DNA of 44,311 bases from Candidatus Moranbacteria bacterium GW2011_GWE2_36_40 (GCA_000991645.1 LBRX01000002.1:1-44311); one strand, 5' to 3'; positions 1 through 10,028 are shown, counted from the stretch's first letter. Program-made: numbers and translations. The notes: a model not told the origin generated them from the sequence alone.

Positions 1-160
1 TGGTGGCAACTGCTAGAAAGTTTTTAAGGTTTATGCACGCTCATTATTTCAGAGAAATGCAAACAGTATAATTTGACAAGTTACTATAATAGGACTCTGT
101 CTTGAGTACAAGACATCTCTCCTTAACAAAGGAGAGAAAGATATTGAAGAAAACTATCGT

Positions 161-496
161 ATGCCAACAAAAACAAAACAAACCAGTCACTCGCGAGCGA
201 CTGGTCAAAATAAAAAAGAAACAAAAAGCACTGATTGGAAAGGTTTGGTGCAAGGATTTGTTGGTAACATGCTTGAGCAATTGAATGAAAATGTGACAAA
301 TCGTGTTCACGCTTGGACAAAACAAATGAAACGAAGAGCAATTGGCGGGGTTGTGATGGTCCTTGGTGCTTCATATTTGCTGACGGGCATTTCATCTTAT
401 GCGGAATCAACATTAGGAAAAAATATTCCAGGACTTGGTTATATGGCAATCGGAACAGTTGCGTTGTTAATAGGCTACTTAGTTAGTAGGAAATAA
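161..496 (+). CDS. Small membrane protein with two C-terminal TM helices
   Basis: 111-aa ORF; charged N-terminus followed by two hydrophobic segments; directly upstream of a DUF883-like gene. Confidence 0.7.
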   Translation: MPTKTKQTSHSRATGQNKKETKSTDWKGLVQGFVGNMLEQLNENVTNRVHAWTKQMKRRAIGGVVMVLGASYLLTGISSYAESTLGKNIPGLGYMAIGTVALLIGYLVSRK

Positions 497-516
497 AAAT
501 AATTAATAATAAAAAA

Positions 517-590
517 TCCTAGTTAAATAGTATGGAATACCATAATTTAACCAGCCTCGACTAGACGTCAAGTCTAGGCGGGCGGGACAA
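517..590 (+). repeat. Family-A palindromic element with nested family-G insert
   Basis: CCTAGTTAAAT-hairpin-ATTTAAC[cagcctcgactagac..gtctaggcggg]CGGGACAA. Confidence 0.75.
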
Positions 591-597
591 GAACAAC

Positions 598-900
598 ATG
601 AACAAAAAACAAATTCACCCTGTTAAATCCGCCAAAAGCGGTGCGAAGCAATTAAACAGGGTAAAAAAAGTTGTGAAAAAAAATGTGGAAAAGGCACAAG
701 CATCAGGAGCTGAACTTCAAAAAATGGCTCTTAAGGAATATGACAAAATCAAAAAACAAATGGATGCAACTTCAAAAAAAGTTGAAGTTTATGTGAAAAA
801 GAATCCAGCTAAAGCCGCAGCAATCTCTGCCGGTATCGGTATGGCTCTCGGCGCAGTCGCCGGAATCCTGGCTGCTGGAGGAGAAAAGAAGAAGAAATAA
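598..900 (+). CDS. ElaB/YqjD (DUF883)-like tail-anchored protein
   Basis: Lys-rich coiled coil then 'YVKKNPAKAAAISAGIGMALG' C-terminal TM signature; N-terminus contains a family-A palindromic insert (HPVKSAKSGAKQLNRV). Confidence 0.75.
   Translation: MNKKQIHPVKSAKSGAKQLNRVKKVVKKNVEKAQASGAELQKMALKEYDKIKKQMDATSKKVEVYVKKNPAKAAAISAGIGMALGAVAGILAAGGEKKKK
617..665 (+). repeat. Family-A element inside a CDS
   Basis: ACCCTGTTAAAT...ATTAAACAGGGTAAA. Confidence 0.85.
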
Positions 901-1029
901 CCTGTCGCTCACGAGACACGTCACTCACGAATGACATGTCGAGCGACGGGTTAAACCAGTTAGTCAAGACTGACAGGTTAAGGTTCATATAACATAAAAC
1001 ATAGAACACGAAGCAAAATACAAAATTAA

Positions 1030-1063
1030 AAAAGCCTGCTCTGTTTCGATGGTGCAGGCTTTT
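1030..1063 (+). terminator. Intrinsic terminator
   Basis: AAAGCCTGC...GCAGGCTTTT. Confidence 0.6.
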
Positions 1064-1088
1064 GCTGTGGAATAAAAAATGTTATTAT

Positions 1089-1829
1089 ATGGATATGGAT
1101 AAAGAAGAATTTATTAAAAATAGTAGAGATTGGATTAAAACAAATAAAAAAGAAATTATCAAAAAATTTGCTAATGATATTTTGCCAATCCCAAATGTTA
1201 AGCCTTTTGTGATATTTATGGCTGGATCTCCAGGGGCAGGCAAGACAGAAACTTCAAAAAACTTCATCACTGAATTTGAACAATTATATTATAGTAAATC
1301 AGGAAAGAAACATCCTTCAATTCATGTAGTAAGAATAGACCCTGATGAAATAAGAGAAATGATTCCTGGTTATGATGGAGCGAATGCAGAATTGTTTCAA
1401 GGTCCGGCTTCGCTCGGAGTTGAGAAGGTATATGATTATGTTATGAAAAAAGATCTTAGCGTTATTGTTGATGGTACTTTAGCCAGTTATAGTGTTGCAT
1501 ATAAAAATATAGAAATTGCACTGCGAAAAAAAAGAAACGTTGCTATATTTTATGTTTATCAAGACCCCTTAATCGCTTGGAAATTTACCAAGGCAAGGGA
1601 AGATGAGGATGGGAGACATATTTCTAAAGCAAGATTCGTGGAAGCATTTTTTAAAGCAAAAATAAATACTAATAAATTGAAAAAAGAATTTGGTAATAGA
1701 ATTCAAGTTTTCCTAATTATAAAAAACTATAGTAATGCAACTGAAAAGACTGAATTTAACATAGAGAATATTGACAATTATTTGAAAGTTAACTATACTA
1801 AGCAATCATTAATGAAAAAAATATGTTGA
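1089..1829 (+). CDS. Zeta-toxin-family P-loop kinase
   Basis: Walker A GSPGAGKT, 'IDPDEIRE', 'VIVDGT', 'RED..GRHI'; start probably ATG 1089 or 1095 rather than TTG 1062. Confidence 0.8.
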   Translation: MDMDKEEFIKNSRDWIKTNKKEIIKKFANDILPIPNVKPFVIFMAGSPGAGKTETSKNFITEFEQLYYSKSGKKHPSIHVVRIDPDEIREMIPGYDGANAELFQGPASLGVEKVYDYVMKKDLSVIVDGTLASYSVAYKNIEIALRKKRNVAIFYVYQDPLIAWKFTKAREDEDGRHISKARFVEAFFKAKINTNKLKKEFGNRIQVFLIIKNYSNATEKTEFNIENIDNYLKVNYTKQSLMKKIC

Positions 1830-2002
1830 ATATATTTAAGAAAAAAATTGATAAAAAACTTGATTTTTTTGAATTGCCTTCTGGTGAACAAAAGAAGCTT
1901 ATTAAGCGTGCTGTTAATGGTGCTAATAAGGATCAGATGGAGCTTGTTAAACGGTATGAAAAAAAATATAAAAACCTCGAGTTGCATGAATGTGTGAGAT
2001 AA
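1823..2002 (+). CDS. 59-aa protein overlapping the zeta-like gene (candidate antitoxin/partner)
   Basis: Manually translated: MLNIFKKKIDKKLDFFELPSGEQKKLIKRAVNGANKDQMELVKRYEKKYKNLELHECVR*; ATG lies 7 nt inside the end of the zeta-like gene; just under the ORF-track cut-off. Confidence 0.7.
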   Translation: MLNIFKKKIDKKLDFFELPSGEQKKLIKRAVNGANKDQMELVKRYEKKYKNLELHECVR

Positions 2003-2084
2003 TATTTTGAAATTTAGTACTATTGACACTTTTTTAAATCTGTGTTAACTTACTTGTACATTCACGACTTAGGATTGAGACTCC

Positions 2085-2207
2085 ACCCTAGTTAAATAGT
2101 CAGCTGGTGCTGAATTTAACGGGGTAAACTTTTTGCATTGTTTTTGGGTGAAAACAGCGCACAAACTCCGGTTAAATAGATGGCTACGCCGTATTTAACA
2201 GGGTAAA
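2085..2207 (+). repeat. Two family-A elements (2085-2128, 2167-2207) in the rpoB leader
   Basis: GTTAAATAG-hairpin-ATTTAAC(G/A)GGGTAAACTTTTTG, twice. Confidence 0.85.
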
Positions 2208-2376
2208 CTTTTTGTCAAATCAGAGCTTTAAAAAGTCTCTGTTTGAAGAATTATTCTCGCAAGTAATGAGAATCAAGGACGCACAAATTTAATAGCCTTA
2301 ATTTAAACTCGCTGCTGAGCTCTTCGCTTTCGGACATTGATCCAAAGCAAGGAGAGAACTGGTGAGGGTTGTTTTT

Positions 2377-5300
2377 ATGGTCAAAGAAAAGAAAGCCCTA
2401 AAAGTGAAGGAATCGTACGGTGCGTCTTCCTCGCTGTCTCGAAGAAAGTTTTTCAAAAAACAATTAATGGTGTCATTGCCAAACCTTATTGAAGGTCAAA
2501 TTGATGCCTACCAGTGGTTTTTGGATAGAGGTCTTCGAGAATTGTTTGATGAAATAAATCCTATTGGCGATTTTACTGGCAAGGATTTGGAGCTTTCTCT
2601 CACGGACTATTATCTTGATGAGCCAAAAACAGACGAGCTTACTGCGAAAAATAAAAATATTTCATATGAAGCTCCTCTTCGAGCAAAGGCGCGTTTGACC
2701 ATTAAAAAAACTGGTGAAATAAAGGAGCAAGAGATTTATCTTGGAGACTTTCCTGTGATGACTCCTCGCGGAACATTCATTATTAATGGTGTTGAACGTG
2801 TTGTTGTTTCTCAACTTATCCGTTCTTCTGGAGTTTTCTTTACAATGGAATATTCCAAGGGAAAGAAATTGTTTGGAGCAAAACTTATTCCAAATCGTGG
2901 AGCATGGATAGAAATTGATACAGGTTTGGATGGCGTGCTTAATGTTCGCATTGATCGCAAACGAAAAATACCAGTAACTGCATTGCTGAGGGCTTTTGGT
3001 ATGGAAAAAAATGAGGAAATTTTGAAAGCTTTCGAAGGTGCTGACAATGGAGAAACAAAATTCATTGAAGAATCTTTGGCCAAGGATATTACCAAAACTC
3101 AAGCTGAGGGATATAAGGAAATTTACAAAAGAATTAGACCAGGCGATTTGGCTACACCAGAAAATGCAAAACAATTGGTCAATGGAATGTTTTTCAATTT
3201 TGAAAAATATGATTTTGGATCAGTGGGGCGCTATCGCTTGAATCAAAGACTTTTGATTGATAGACCAGACAATGAAGAAAACAGAATTTTATTGGTGGAA
3301 GATTTGTTGCTTATTATTAAGGAAATTATTCGTCTTAATAATAATCCTCAGGCAATTGCTGATGATATTGATCATCTTGGAAATAGAAGAGTTAGAGGTG
3401 TCGGAGAATTGGTTCAAAACAAACTTCGCATTGGTATGGCTCGCATGGCTCGCAATATTAAAGACAGAATGAGTACTTGTGACATTGAAACAGTTGTTCC
3501 AGGACAACTTATCAACTCTCGTCCAGTTGCTGCTGCAATTAAAGAATTTTTCTCAAGTTCACAACTTTCACAATTCATGGATCAGGTGAATCCCTTGGCT
3601 GAACTTGAACACAAAAGAAGACTTTCAGCGATGGGACCGGGAGGACTTACCAGGGAACGCGCAGGCTTTGAAGTTCGAGATGTGCATCATTCTCATTATG
3701 GAAGAATTTGTCCGATTGAAACTCCTGAAGGTCCAAATATTGGATTGGTTGGACATATGGCATCATATGCCAGAATCAATGATTTTGGATTTTTGGAAAC
3801 ACCTTATATTAAGTTATATAAAGAGATTCCAAATACTGTTGCTGATTTGACAAATAGGGTTTTGAATGAGGATGTGGCTGGTGGAAAGGGTGGAGAATTA
3901 ATCAGTGAAGAATTGGCCAAAAAAATTGCCAAAACTCCTGCCAAGACTATTAAAATCAAACCATATATTTCTGATGAAATTGAATATATAAATGCAACAG
4001 TTGAAGATCGCTGCGTGATTACACATGCTCGTGTTAATGCAGATGAAAATAGGAATATTGTTGATAGAATTGTGGAAGCTCGCGTAAAAGGACATCCTGA
4101 AATGATTGAAACGGATAAGTTGGATTATATGGATGTGAGTGCAAAGCAATGCATCTCAGTTGCAACCTCTCTTATCCCATTTTTGGAACATGATGATGCA
4201 AACCGTGCATTGATGGGTTCAAACATGCAACGTCAAGCTGTTCCTTGTATTGTGCCACAAGCTCCATTTGTTGGAACTGGTATTGAAGACAAGGCTGCTG
4301 CTGATTCGGGACAAGTTGTTCTGGCTTTAAATGATGGAGAAGTTGTGGAAGTTGATGGAGCACACATTACGATCAAAGAAAATGCTCCTATTGGTGCTAA
4401 AAAAGATAATTTCAAGCGTGAATATTGTTTGCAAAGTTTTGCAAAATCAAATGCTTTCACGTCGATGAGTCAATTACCACGAGTTGAAAAAGGTAAAATG
4501 GTAAAAAAGGGTGACTTGTTGGCTGATGGAGCTGCGACAGAAAATGGAGAATTGGCACTTGGACAAAATCCATTGGTGGCTTTTATTCCATGGGACGGAT
4601 ATAACTTTGAAGATGCTATCATTCTTTCAGAAAGACTTTTGAAAGAAGATTGGTATAGTTCAATTCATATTGAGGATTTTTCAATCGACGTGCGCGACAC
4701 AAAGCTTGGGCCGGAGGTTGTGACTCGTGATATTCCAAACATCGGAGAAGAAAGATTGAAGAATCTTGATGAAACAGGAATCATCCGTATCGGAGCAGAA
4801 GTTTCTTCTGGCGATATTCTTTGTGGAAAAATCACTCCAAAAGGAGAAGGAGATCTTACTCCAGAAGAAAGATTGCTTCGCGCTATTTTTGGTGAAAAAT
4901 CTAAGGATGTTAAAGATTCATCTTTGTATCTTCCACATGGAGAGCACGGAAAAGTTGTTGATATTAAAATTCTTTCAAGAGAACAAGGTGACAAACTTTC
5001 AACTGGTGTTATAAAGCAAATTCAAGTTTCAGTTGCTCAACTTCGAAAAGTTTCCGTTGGAGACAAGTTGGCTGGACGACATGGAAACAAAGGTGTGATC
5101 TCACGTATTGCTCCTGTTGAAGACATGCCATATCTTCCAGATGGAACTCCAATTGATGTTATCCTAAATCCATTGGGAGTTATCTCTCGTATGAATATCG
5201 GACAGATTTTGGAAACACATCTTGGATGGGCAGCTCTTAAGCTTGGTTACAAAGCAGCAACTCCTGCATTGGATGGAATCACTGAGGAAGATATTAAGGG

Positions 5301-5811
5301 TGAACTTAAGAAAGCTGGACTTCCTGAAAGTGGAAAGATTAGATTGATTGATGGAAAGACTGGTGAGTCTTTCGATAATGAAACAACTGTTGGTGTTATG
5401 TATATCATGAAATTGAACCATTTGGTGGAAGACAAATTACACATGCGTTCAATCGGACCATATTCATTGATTACCCAACAACCACTTGGAGGAAAAGCTC
5501 AATTTGGAGGACAGCGTTTTGGAGAAATGGAAGTATGGGCACTCGAAGGATACGGCGCAGCATATACATTGCAAGAAATGCTCACAATCAAATCTGATGA
5601 TGTGCTTGGAAGATCAAAAGCATATGAATCAATTATTAAAGGTGAGAAGATAAAGAGTCCAAATATTCCTGCATCATTCCATGTGCTTGTTAATGAGCTC
5701 AAAGGATTGTGTTTGGATGTTGAATTGGTTGATTCCAAAATGAAGGAAGATGAGCATGATGATGAAATTGGTGGATATGACAAGCCAGAAGAAGACGTTG
5801 ATCAAATTTAA
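2377..5811 (+). CDS. rpoB: RNA polymerase beta subunit
   Basis: Motifs SQLSQFMDQ, HYGRICPIETPEG, GDKLAGRHGNKG, GGQRFGEME; ATG 2377 preferred to GTG 2362. Confidence 0.99.
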   Translation: MVKEKKALKVKESYGASSSLSRRKFFKKQLMVSLPNLIEGQIDAYQWFLDRGLRELFDEINPIGDFTGKDLELSLTDYYLDEPKTDELTAKNKNISYEAPLRAKARLTIKKTGEIKEQEIYLGDFPVMTPRGTFIINGVERVVVSQLIRSSGVFFTMEYSKGKKLFGAKLIPNRGAWIEIDTGLDGVLNVRIDRKRKIPVTALLRAFGMEKNEEILKAFEGADNGETKFIEESLAKDITKTQAEGYKEIYKRIRPGDLATPENAKQLVNGMFFNFEKYDFGSVGRYRLNQRLLIDRPDNEENRILLVEDLLLIIKEIIRLNNNPQAIADDIDHLGNRRVRGVGELVQNKLRIGMARMARNIKDRMSTCDIETVVPGQLINSRPVAAAIKEFFSSSQLSQFMDQVNPLAELEHKRRLSAMGPGGLTRERAGFEVRDVHHSHYGRICPIETPEGPNIGLVGHMASYARINDFGFLETPYIKLYKEIPNTVADLTNRVLNEDVAGGKGGELISEELAKKIAKTPAKTIKIKPYISDEIEYINATVEDRCVITHARVNADENRNIVDRIVEARVKGHPEMIETDKLDYMDVSAKQCISVATSLIPFLEHDDANRALMGSNMQRQAVPCIVPQAPFVGTGIEDKAAADSGQVVLALNDGEVVEVDGAHITIKENAPIGAKKDNFKREYCLQSFAKSNAFTSMSQLPRVEKGKMVKKGDLLADGAATENGELALGQNPLVAFIPWDGYNFEDAIILSERLLKEDWYSSIHIEDFSIDVRDTKLGPEVVTRDIPNIGEERLKNLDETGIIRIGAEVSSGDILCGKITPKGEGDLTPEERLLRAIFGEKSKDVKDSSLYLPHGEHGKVVDIKILSREQGDKLSTGVIKQIQVSVAQLRKVSVGDKLAGRHGNKGVISRIAPVEDMPYLPDGTPIDVILNPLGVISRMNIGQILETHLGWAALKLGYKAATPALDGITEEDIKGELKKAGLPESGKIRLIDGKTGESFDNETTVGVMYIMKLNHLVEDKLHMRSIGPYSLITQQPLGGKAQFGGQRFGEMEVWALEGYGAAYTLQEMLTIKSDDVLGRSKAYESIIKGEKIKSPNIPASFHVLVNELKGLCLDVELVDSKMKEDEHDDEIGGYDKPEEDVDQI

Positions 5812-5848
5812 TCTATAAACTTTGTAATAAATATCTAAAAACCCCTTA

Positions 5849-5902
5849 ACCTCATCCGTCCCGATTGCTATCGGGGCACCTTCTCCTTAAAAGGAGAAGG
5901 GG
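5849..5902. repeat. Family-B double-hairpin element
   Basis: ACCTCA-hairpin-CCTTCTCCTT AA AAGGAGAAGG. Confidence 0.8.
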
Positions 5903-5923
5903 GGTAGGGAAGAAATCATTTTT

Positions 5924-8900
5924 ATGGAAAATATTACTAAAGTGAGCGATTTCAATAGCGTCAGACTTCGATTGGCAAGTCCTGACGCAATCATGAACTG
6001 GTCTCACGGAGAAATAACAAAGCCTGAAACAATTAATTATAGAACTCAGCGATACGAAAAAGATGGTCTGTTTTGTGAAAAAATATTTGGACCATCAAAA
6101 GATTGGGAGTGTTATTGCGGAAAGTATAAAAGAATCAGATATAAAGGGATAGTTTGTGATAAATGTGGAGTTGAGGTAACTCGCTCAATTGTGCGTCGCG
6201 AAAGAATGGGTCACATCAAATTGGCTGTGCCTGTTTCGCATATTTGGTTTTTGCGAGGTGTGCCTTCAAAAATTGGCTCAGCTCTTGGACTTGGAGTGCA
6301 GGATTTGGAAAAAGTTATTTATTTTTCTGCCTATATTATTAAGGATGTTAATGAAGCTGAGCGTACACGCGTAATTGATCAATTGGAGCAGGAATATAAA
6401 TCAAAGCAAAAAGAAATTAAGGGCGGAAAAACAGAAAATGAACGTGGGGCAGAGGCAATGCTGGATGAACTTCGTGATCAATATAAAGGTGTTAAAGATG
6501 ACCTTAAAAACTTGAAGCCAATGCAGATTCTTTCTGAGTTGGAATATTTCAATTTGTCATCACGTTTTGGTCAGGTTTTTTCTGCTGGAATTGGAGCTGA
6601 AGCGGTTCGCGCAGTGCTTGAATCAATGGACATCGAAAAGATGATCAAGCATGTTAAAAAAGAATTGGAAAATGAAGATACTGCTGACAAAAAGAAGCTT
6701 TTCAAGCGAATGAAATTGTTCCAAGGTTTCAAAAAAGCTAGTCTTAAACTTGAATGGATGCTTCCAACAGCTATTCCAGTTATTCCACCAGATTTGCGAC
6801 CGATGGTTGCTCTTGATGGAGGACGCTTTGCAACTTCAGATTTGAATGATCTTTATCGTCGTATTATTAACAGGAATAATCGTTTGAAAAAATTGATTGA
6901 TCTTGGTGCTCCTGAAGTTATTACTCGAAATGAAAAAAGAATGTTACAGGAAGCTGTGGATGCCCTTTTTGACAATTCTGCTCGCAAAGGACAATCATCA
7001 GTAGCTGCTTCAACAGGGCAACGAAGACCACTTCGTTCATTGGCTGATGCTCTCAAAGGAAAACAAGGACGTTTCCGTCAAAACTTGCTTGGAAAACGCG
7101 TGGATTATTCTGGACGATCTGTGATTGTGGTTGGACCGCAGCTTAAACTTCATCAAGCTGGTTTGCCGAAGAAGATGGCTTTGGAACTTTTCAAACCGTT
7201 TATTATCAATAAGCTTATTGAAAAAGAATTTGCACATAATGTTAGAACTGCTGGACGAATGGTGGATGCTGAAGCTGAAGAAGCATATGAAATTTTGGAT
7301 GAAATTATTGAGCATCACTACGTGCTTCTCAATCGTGCGCCAACTTTGCATCGCTTGTCTATCCAGGCTTTTCAACCAGTATTGATTGAAGGAAAAGCTA
7401 TTCAGGTTCATCCTATGGTTTGTGCTGCTTTCAATGCTGATTTCGATGGAGATCAGATGGCGGTGCATGTTCCTTTGACTGATCAAGCACGCGAGGAAAG
7501 TGCGAATATCATGCTTTCTTCAAAAAATCTTTTGAAACCTGCTTCTGGAGAACCGATAGCAGTGCCTTCAAAAGATATTGTGCTTGGAATATATTTCATT
7601 ACTCACATCAAGGCAGGAGTAAAAGGAGAGGGAAAGATTTTTGCTACTGATGAAGAGGCTATACTTGCTTACCAAATGGGATTTATTGCAGTTAATGCAA
7701 AAATAAAAGTTGATATTAATGGAGAGATTTTGGAAACTTCTGCTGGAAGAATTATGCTTAATGATATTCTTCCTGAGGAACTACGTTTTGTTAATGAAGA
7801 GTTGACTCAAAAAGAAATCAAGCAATTGGTTGCAAAAATGTTGCGCATGAAGGGACAAGAAGAAACTGCTGCTTTCATTGATCGCATCAAGGCACTTGGA
7901 TTCAAAATGGCTGGACGCTCTGGTATCAGTTGGGGTATGGATGATTTGAAACAATCTCCAGTAAAGAAGGATGCTATGGTAAAAGCTGAAGAAGAAGTTG
8001 CAACAATTAATGGTCAGTATGCTGTAGGACTTCTTACTGAAGAAGAAAGAAAAAATCGTGTTATTGAGATCTGGAATCGAACCAAGAATTTGATTGCTGA
8101 TGACGTTAAGGCCTCTCTTGATAAAGAAGGATCAGTGTATACCATGGTTCATTCAAAAGCTCGTGGATCTGAATCAGTTGTGGTGCAAATGATGGGTATG
8201 AAGGGACTTGTGGCTGGACCAACTGGAGAAACGATTGAATTGCCAGTAAAAAGCTCTTTCAAGGAAGGTTTCAATGTGTTGGAATATTTCATTTCAACTC
8301 ATGGAGCTCGAAAAGGTATGGCTGATACAGCTCTTCGAACTGCGACTGCTGGATATCTAACACGTCGCCTCGTGGATGTTTCTCAGGATATTATTGTTCG
8401 TGATGAAGACTGTGGTGATGTTGAAGGGGCATATATGTATAAAGAAGATTCAGACCGTGTCGGACAAAGTTTTGCAGTTCGCGTGGAGGGAAGATATCTT
8501 GTTGAAGATGTTATTGACCCCGCAACCAAAAAGGTTATCGTGAAAGCTGGCACCATGGCAACCAAGGAAGATGGCTTGGCTGTTGAAACTGCCAATGTTG
8601 AAAAAGTTAAAATTCGAAGCGTGGTAACATGCAAAAGCAAACGAGGAATTTGTCGACATTGTTACGGGATTGACCTTGGACGAAGCGAGTTGGTAAAAAT
8701 TGGACAAGCTGTTGGTGTTGTGGCTGCTCAAGCTATTGGAGAACCTGGAACACAGTTGACTATGCGTACTTTTCATACTGGAGGTGTTGCTGGTGGATCT
8801 GATATTACACAAGGACTTCCACGTGTTGAAGAAATTTTTGAATGCAGACCTCCAAAGGGAGAAGCGGTTATTTCTGAAGTTGATGGAAAAATTGTTGAAA

Positions 8901-9502
8901 TAGTAAGTGAGAACAAAAAAACTGTTACTATCAAAATTGAAACTGTTGACGGAGAAATTACAGAATGCCAAGTTCCAAGCGAATCAACATTAGTTGTTTC
9001 AAAAGGACAACTGATTGGTAAAGGAACACAATTTAATGAGGGTCATATTGATCTTAAAAAGTTGTTTGAGACCATGGGGCAAGAGGCAATCCAGCGCTAT
9101 GTTATTGGAGAAGTTAAGGAGATTTATGCTGCACAAGGAGAACCTCTTCAAGACAAACATGTTGAAGTTATCATTCGTCAAATGCTTTCTCGTGTGAAAG
9201 TTTTGACTGCTGGTGACACTGATCTTTTGCCTGGAGACATTGTTGAAAAAGATCAATTTGAAGAATCTAATAATGAAGCAATTGCTGCTAAAGAAGAAAT
9301 TGCAACTGGTGAGCAACTCATTATGGGAATCACCAAGGTTGCTCTTTCAACCGAATCATTCCTTTCAGCTGCATCCTTCCAAGAAACTGCTCGCGTCCTC
9401 ATTAACGCTGCAGTAACCGGAAAAGATGATCGTCTACGAGGACTTAAGGAAAATGTAATTATCGGACGCTTGATTCCTGCGGGAACTGGATACCGAAAGT
9501 AA
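5924..9502 (+). CDS. rpoC: RNA polymerase beta' subunit
   Basis: NADFDGD catalytic motif, N-terminal Zn finger, directly after rpoB. Confidence 0.99.
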   Translation: MENITKVSDFNSVRLRLASPDAIMNWSHGEITKPETINYRTQRYEKDGLFCEKIFGPSKDWECYCGKYKRIRYKGIVCDKCGVEVTRSIVRRERMGHIKLAVPVSHIWFLRGVPSKIGSALGLGVQDLEKVIYFSAYIIKDVNEAERTRVIDQLEQEYKSKQKEIKGGKTENERGAEAMLDELRDQYKGVKDDLKNLKPMQILSELEYFNLSSRFGQVFSAGIGAEAVRAVLESMDIEKMIKHVKKELENEDTADKKKLFKRMKLFQGFKKASLKLEWMLPTAIPVIPPDLRPMVALDGGRFATSDLNDLYRRIINRNNRLKKLIDLGAPEVITRNEKRMLQEAVDALFDNSARKGQSSVAASTGQRRPLRSLADALKGKQGRFRQNLLGKRVDYSGRSVIVVGPQLKLHQAGLPKKMALELFKPFIINKLIEKEFAHNVRTAGRMVDAEAEEAYEILDEIIEHHYVLLNRAPTLHRLSIQAFQPVLIEGKAIQVHPMVCAAFNADFDGDQMAVHVPLTDQAREESANIMLSSKNLLKPASGEPIAVPSKDIVLGIYFITHIKAGVKGEGKIFATDEEAILAYQMGFIAVNAKIKVDINGEILETSAGRIMLNDILPEELRFVNEELTQKEIKQLVAKMLRMKGQEETAAFIDRIKALGFKMAGRSGISWGMDDLKQSPVKKDAMVKAEEEVATINGQYAVGLLTEEERKNRVIEIWNRTKNLIADDVKASLDKEGSVYTMVHSKARGSESVVVQMMGMKGLVAGPTGETIELPVKSSFKEGFNVLEYFISTHGARKGMADTALRTATAGYLTRRLVDVSQDIIVRDEDCGDVEGAYMYKEDSDRVGQSFAVRVEGRYLVEDVIDPATKKVIVKAGTMATKEDGLAVETANVEKVKIRSVVTCKSKRGICRHCYGIDLGRSELVKIGQAVGVVAAQAIGEPGTQLTMRTFHTGGVAGGSDITQGLPRVEEIFECRPPKGEAVISEVDGKIVEIVSENKKTVTIKIETVDGEITECQVPSESTLVVSKGQLIGKGTQFNEGHIDLKKLFETMGQEAIQRYVIGEVKEIYAAQGEPLQDKHVEVIIRQMLSRVKVLTAGDTDLLPGDIVEKDQFEESNNEAIAAKEEIATGEQLIMGITKVALSTESFLSAASFQETARVLINAAVTGKDDRLRGLKENVIIGRLIPAGTGYRK

Positions 9503-9562
9503 TAGACAGCTTATTAGGCATTAGCTTTTTAGCTTCTTAGGGAATACGAAATACTTATAACC

Positions 9563-9590
9563 TGTCATTCCTGCGTAGGCGGGAATCCAG
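9563..9590. repeat. Family-C half element
   Basis: TGTCATTCCTGCGTAGGCGGGAATCCAG. Confidence 0.7.
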
Positions 9591-9635
9591 GACCTTAGCA
9601 CAACTTTGCTCAGTATAGAGCAGTATGGAAACATC

Positions 9636-9664
9636 AAACGTCTCACGAAAGTGGGGCGTTTTTT
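9636..9664 (+). terminator. rpoBC terminator
   Basis: AACGTCTCAC GAAA GTGGGGCGTT TTTT. Confidence 0.75.
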
Positions 9665-9750
9665 GTGTTGACAGAAGATTATTTTTTATGCAATAATATG
9701 GAGTCGGTGCTTCATTGAAAGCATCAATATTCCAAGGGAGGGAACAAAAA

Positions 9751-9921
9751 ATGAAATGTCCAGTATGTGAGACTAGGAATGAAATTGATCTTGGTAAGTC
9801 AGACGGTTATTCTTCGGAGTCGCCAGTAAAAGAATGTGGTAAATGCGGCTTGGTATGGCGCATTGTGCCAGATGGAAATGATGGTGGTAGGCTCGATATT
9901 ATACATCAACCACAGCCATAG
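9751..9921 (+). CDS. Small zinc-ribbon protein
   Basis: MKCPVC...ECGKCG (two CxxC pairs); AAGGGAGG SD upstream of ATG 9751; own terminator downstream. Confidence 0.7.
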   Translation: MKCPVCETRNEIDLGKSDGYSSESPVKECGKCGLVWRIVPDGNDGGRLDIIHQPQP

Positions 9922-9971
9922 ACAGCAAAAATAATTTATATTTTTTGTGTGCATTGTTCATATGAAAAATG

Positions 9972-10003
9972 AAAAACCTTAGCAAAAAATGCTGAGGTTT
10001 TTT
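9972..10003 (+). terminator. Intrinsic terminator
   Basis: AAAACCTTAGCA..TGCTGAGGTTTTTT. Confidence 0.65.
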
Positions 10004-10028
10004 GCTTTAAAGACGGCTTAACGAGCAC

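Noticed and set aside
2085-2215. CRISPR-like repeat-spacer pair
   Set aside because: Only two imperfect copies with different cores; they belong to the dispersed family A, and there are no cas genes.
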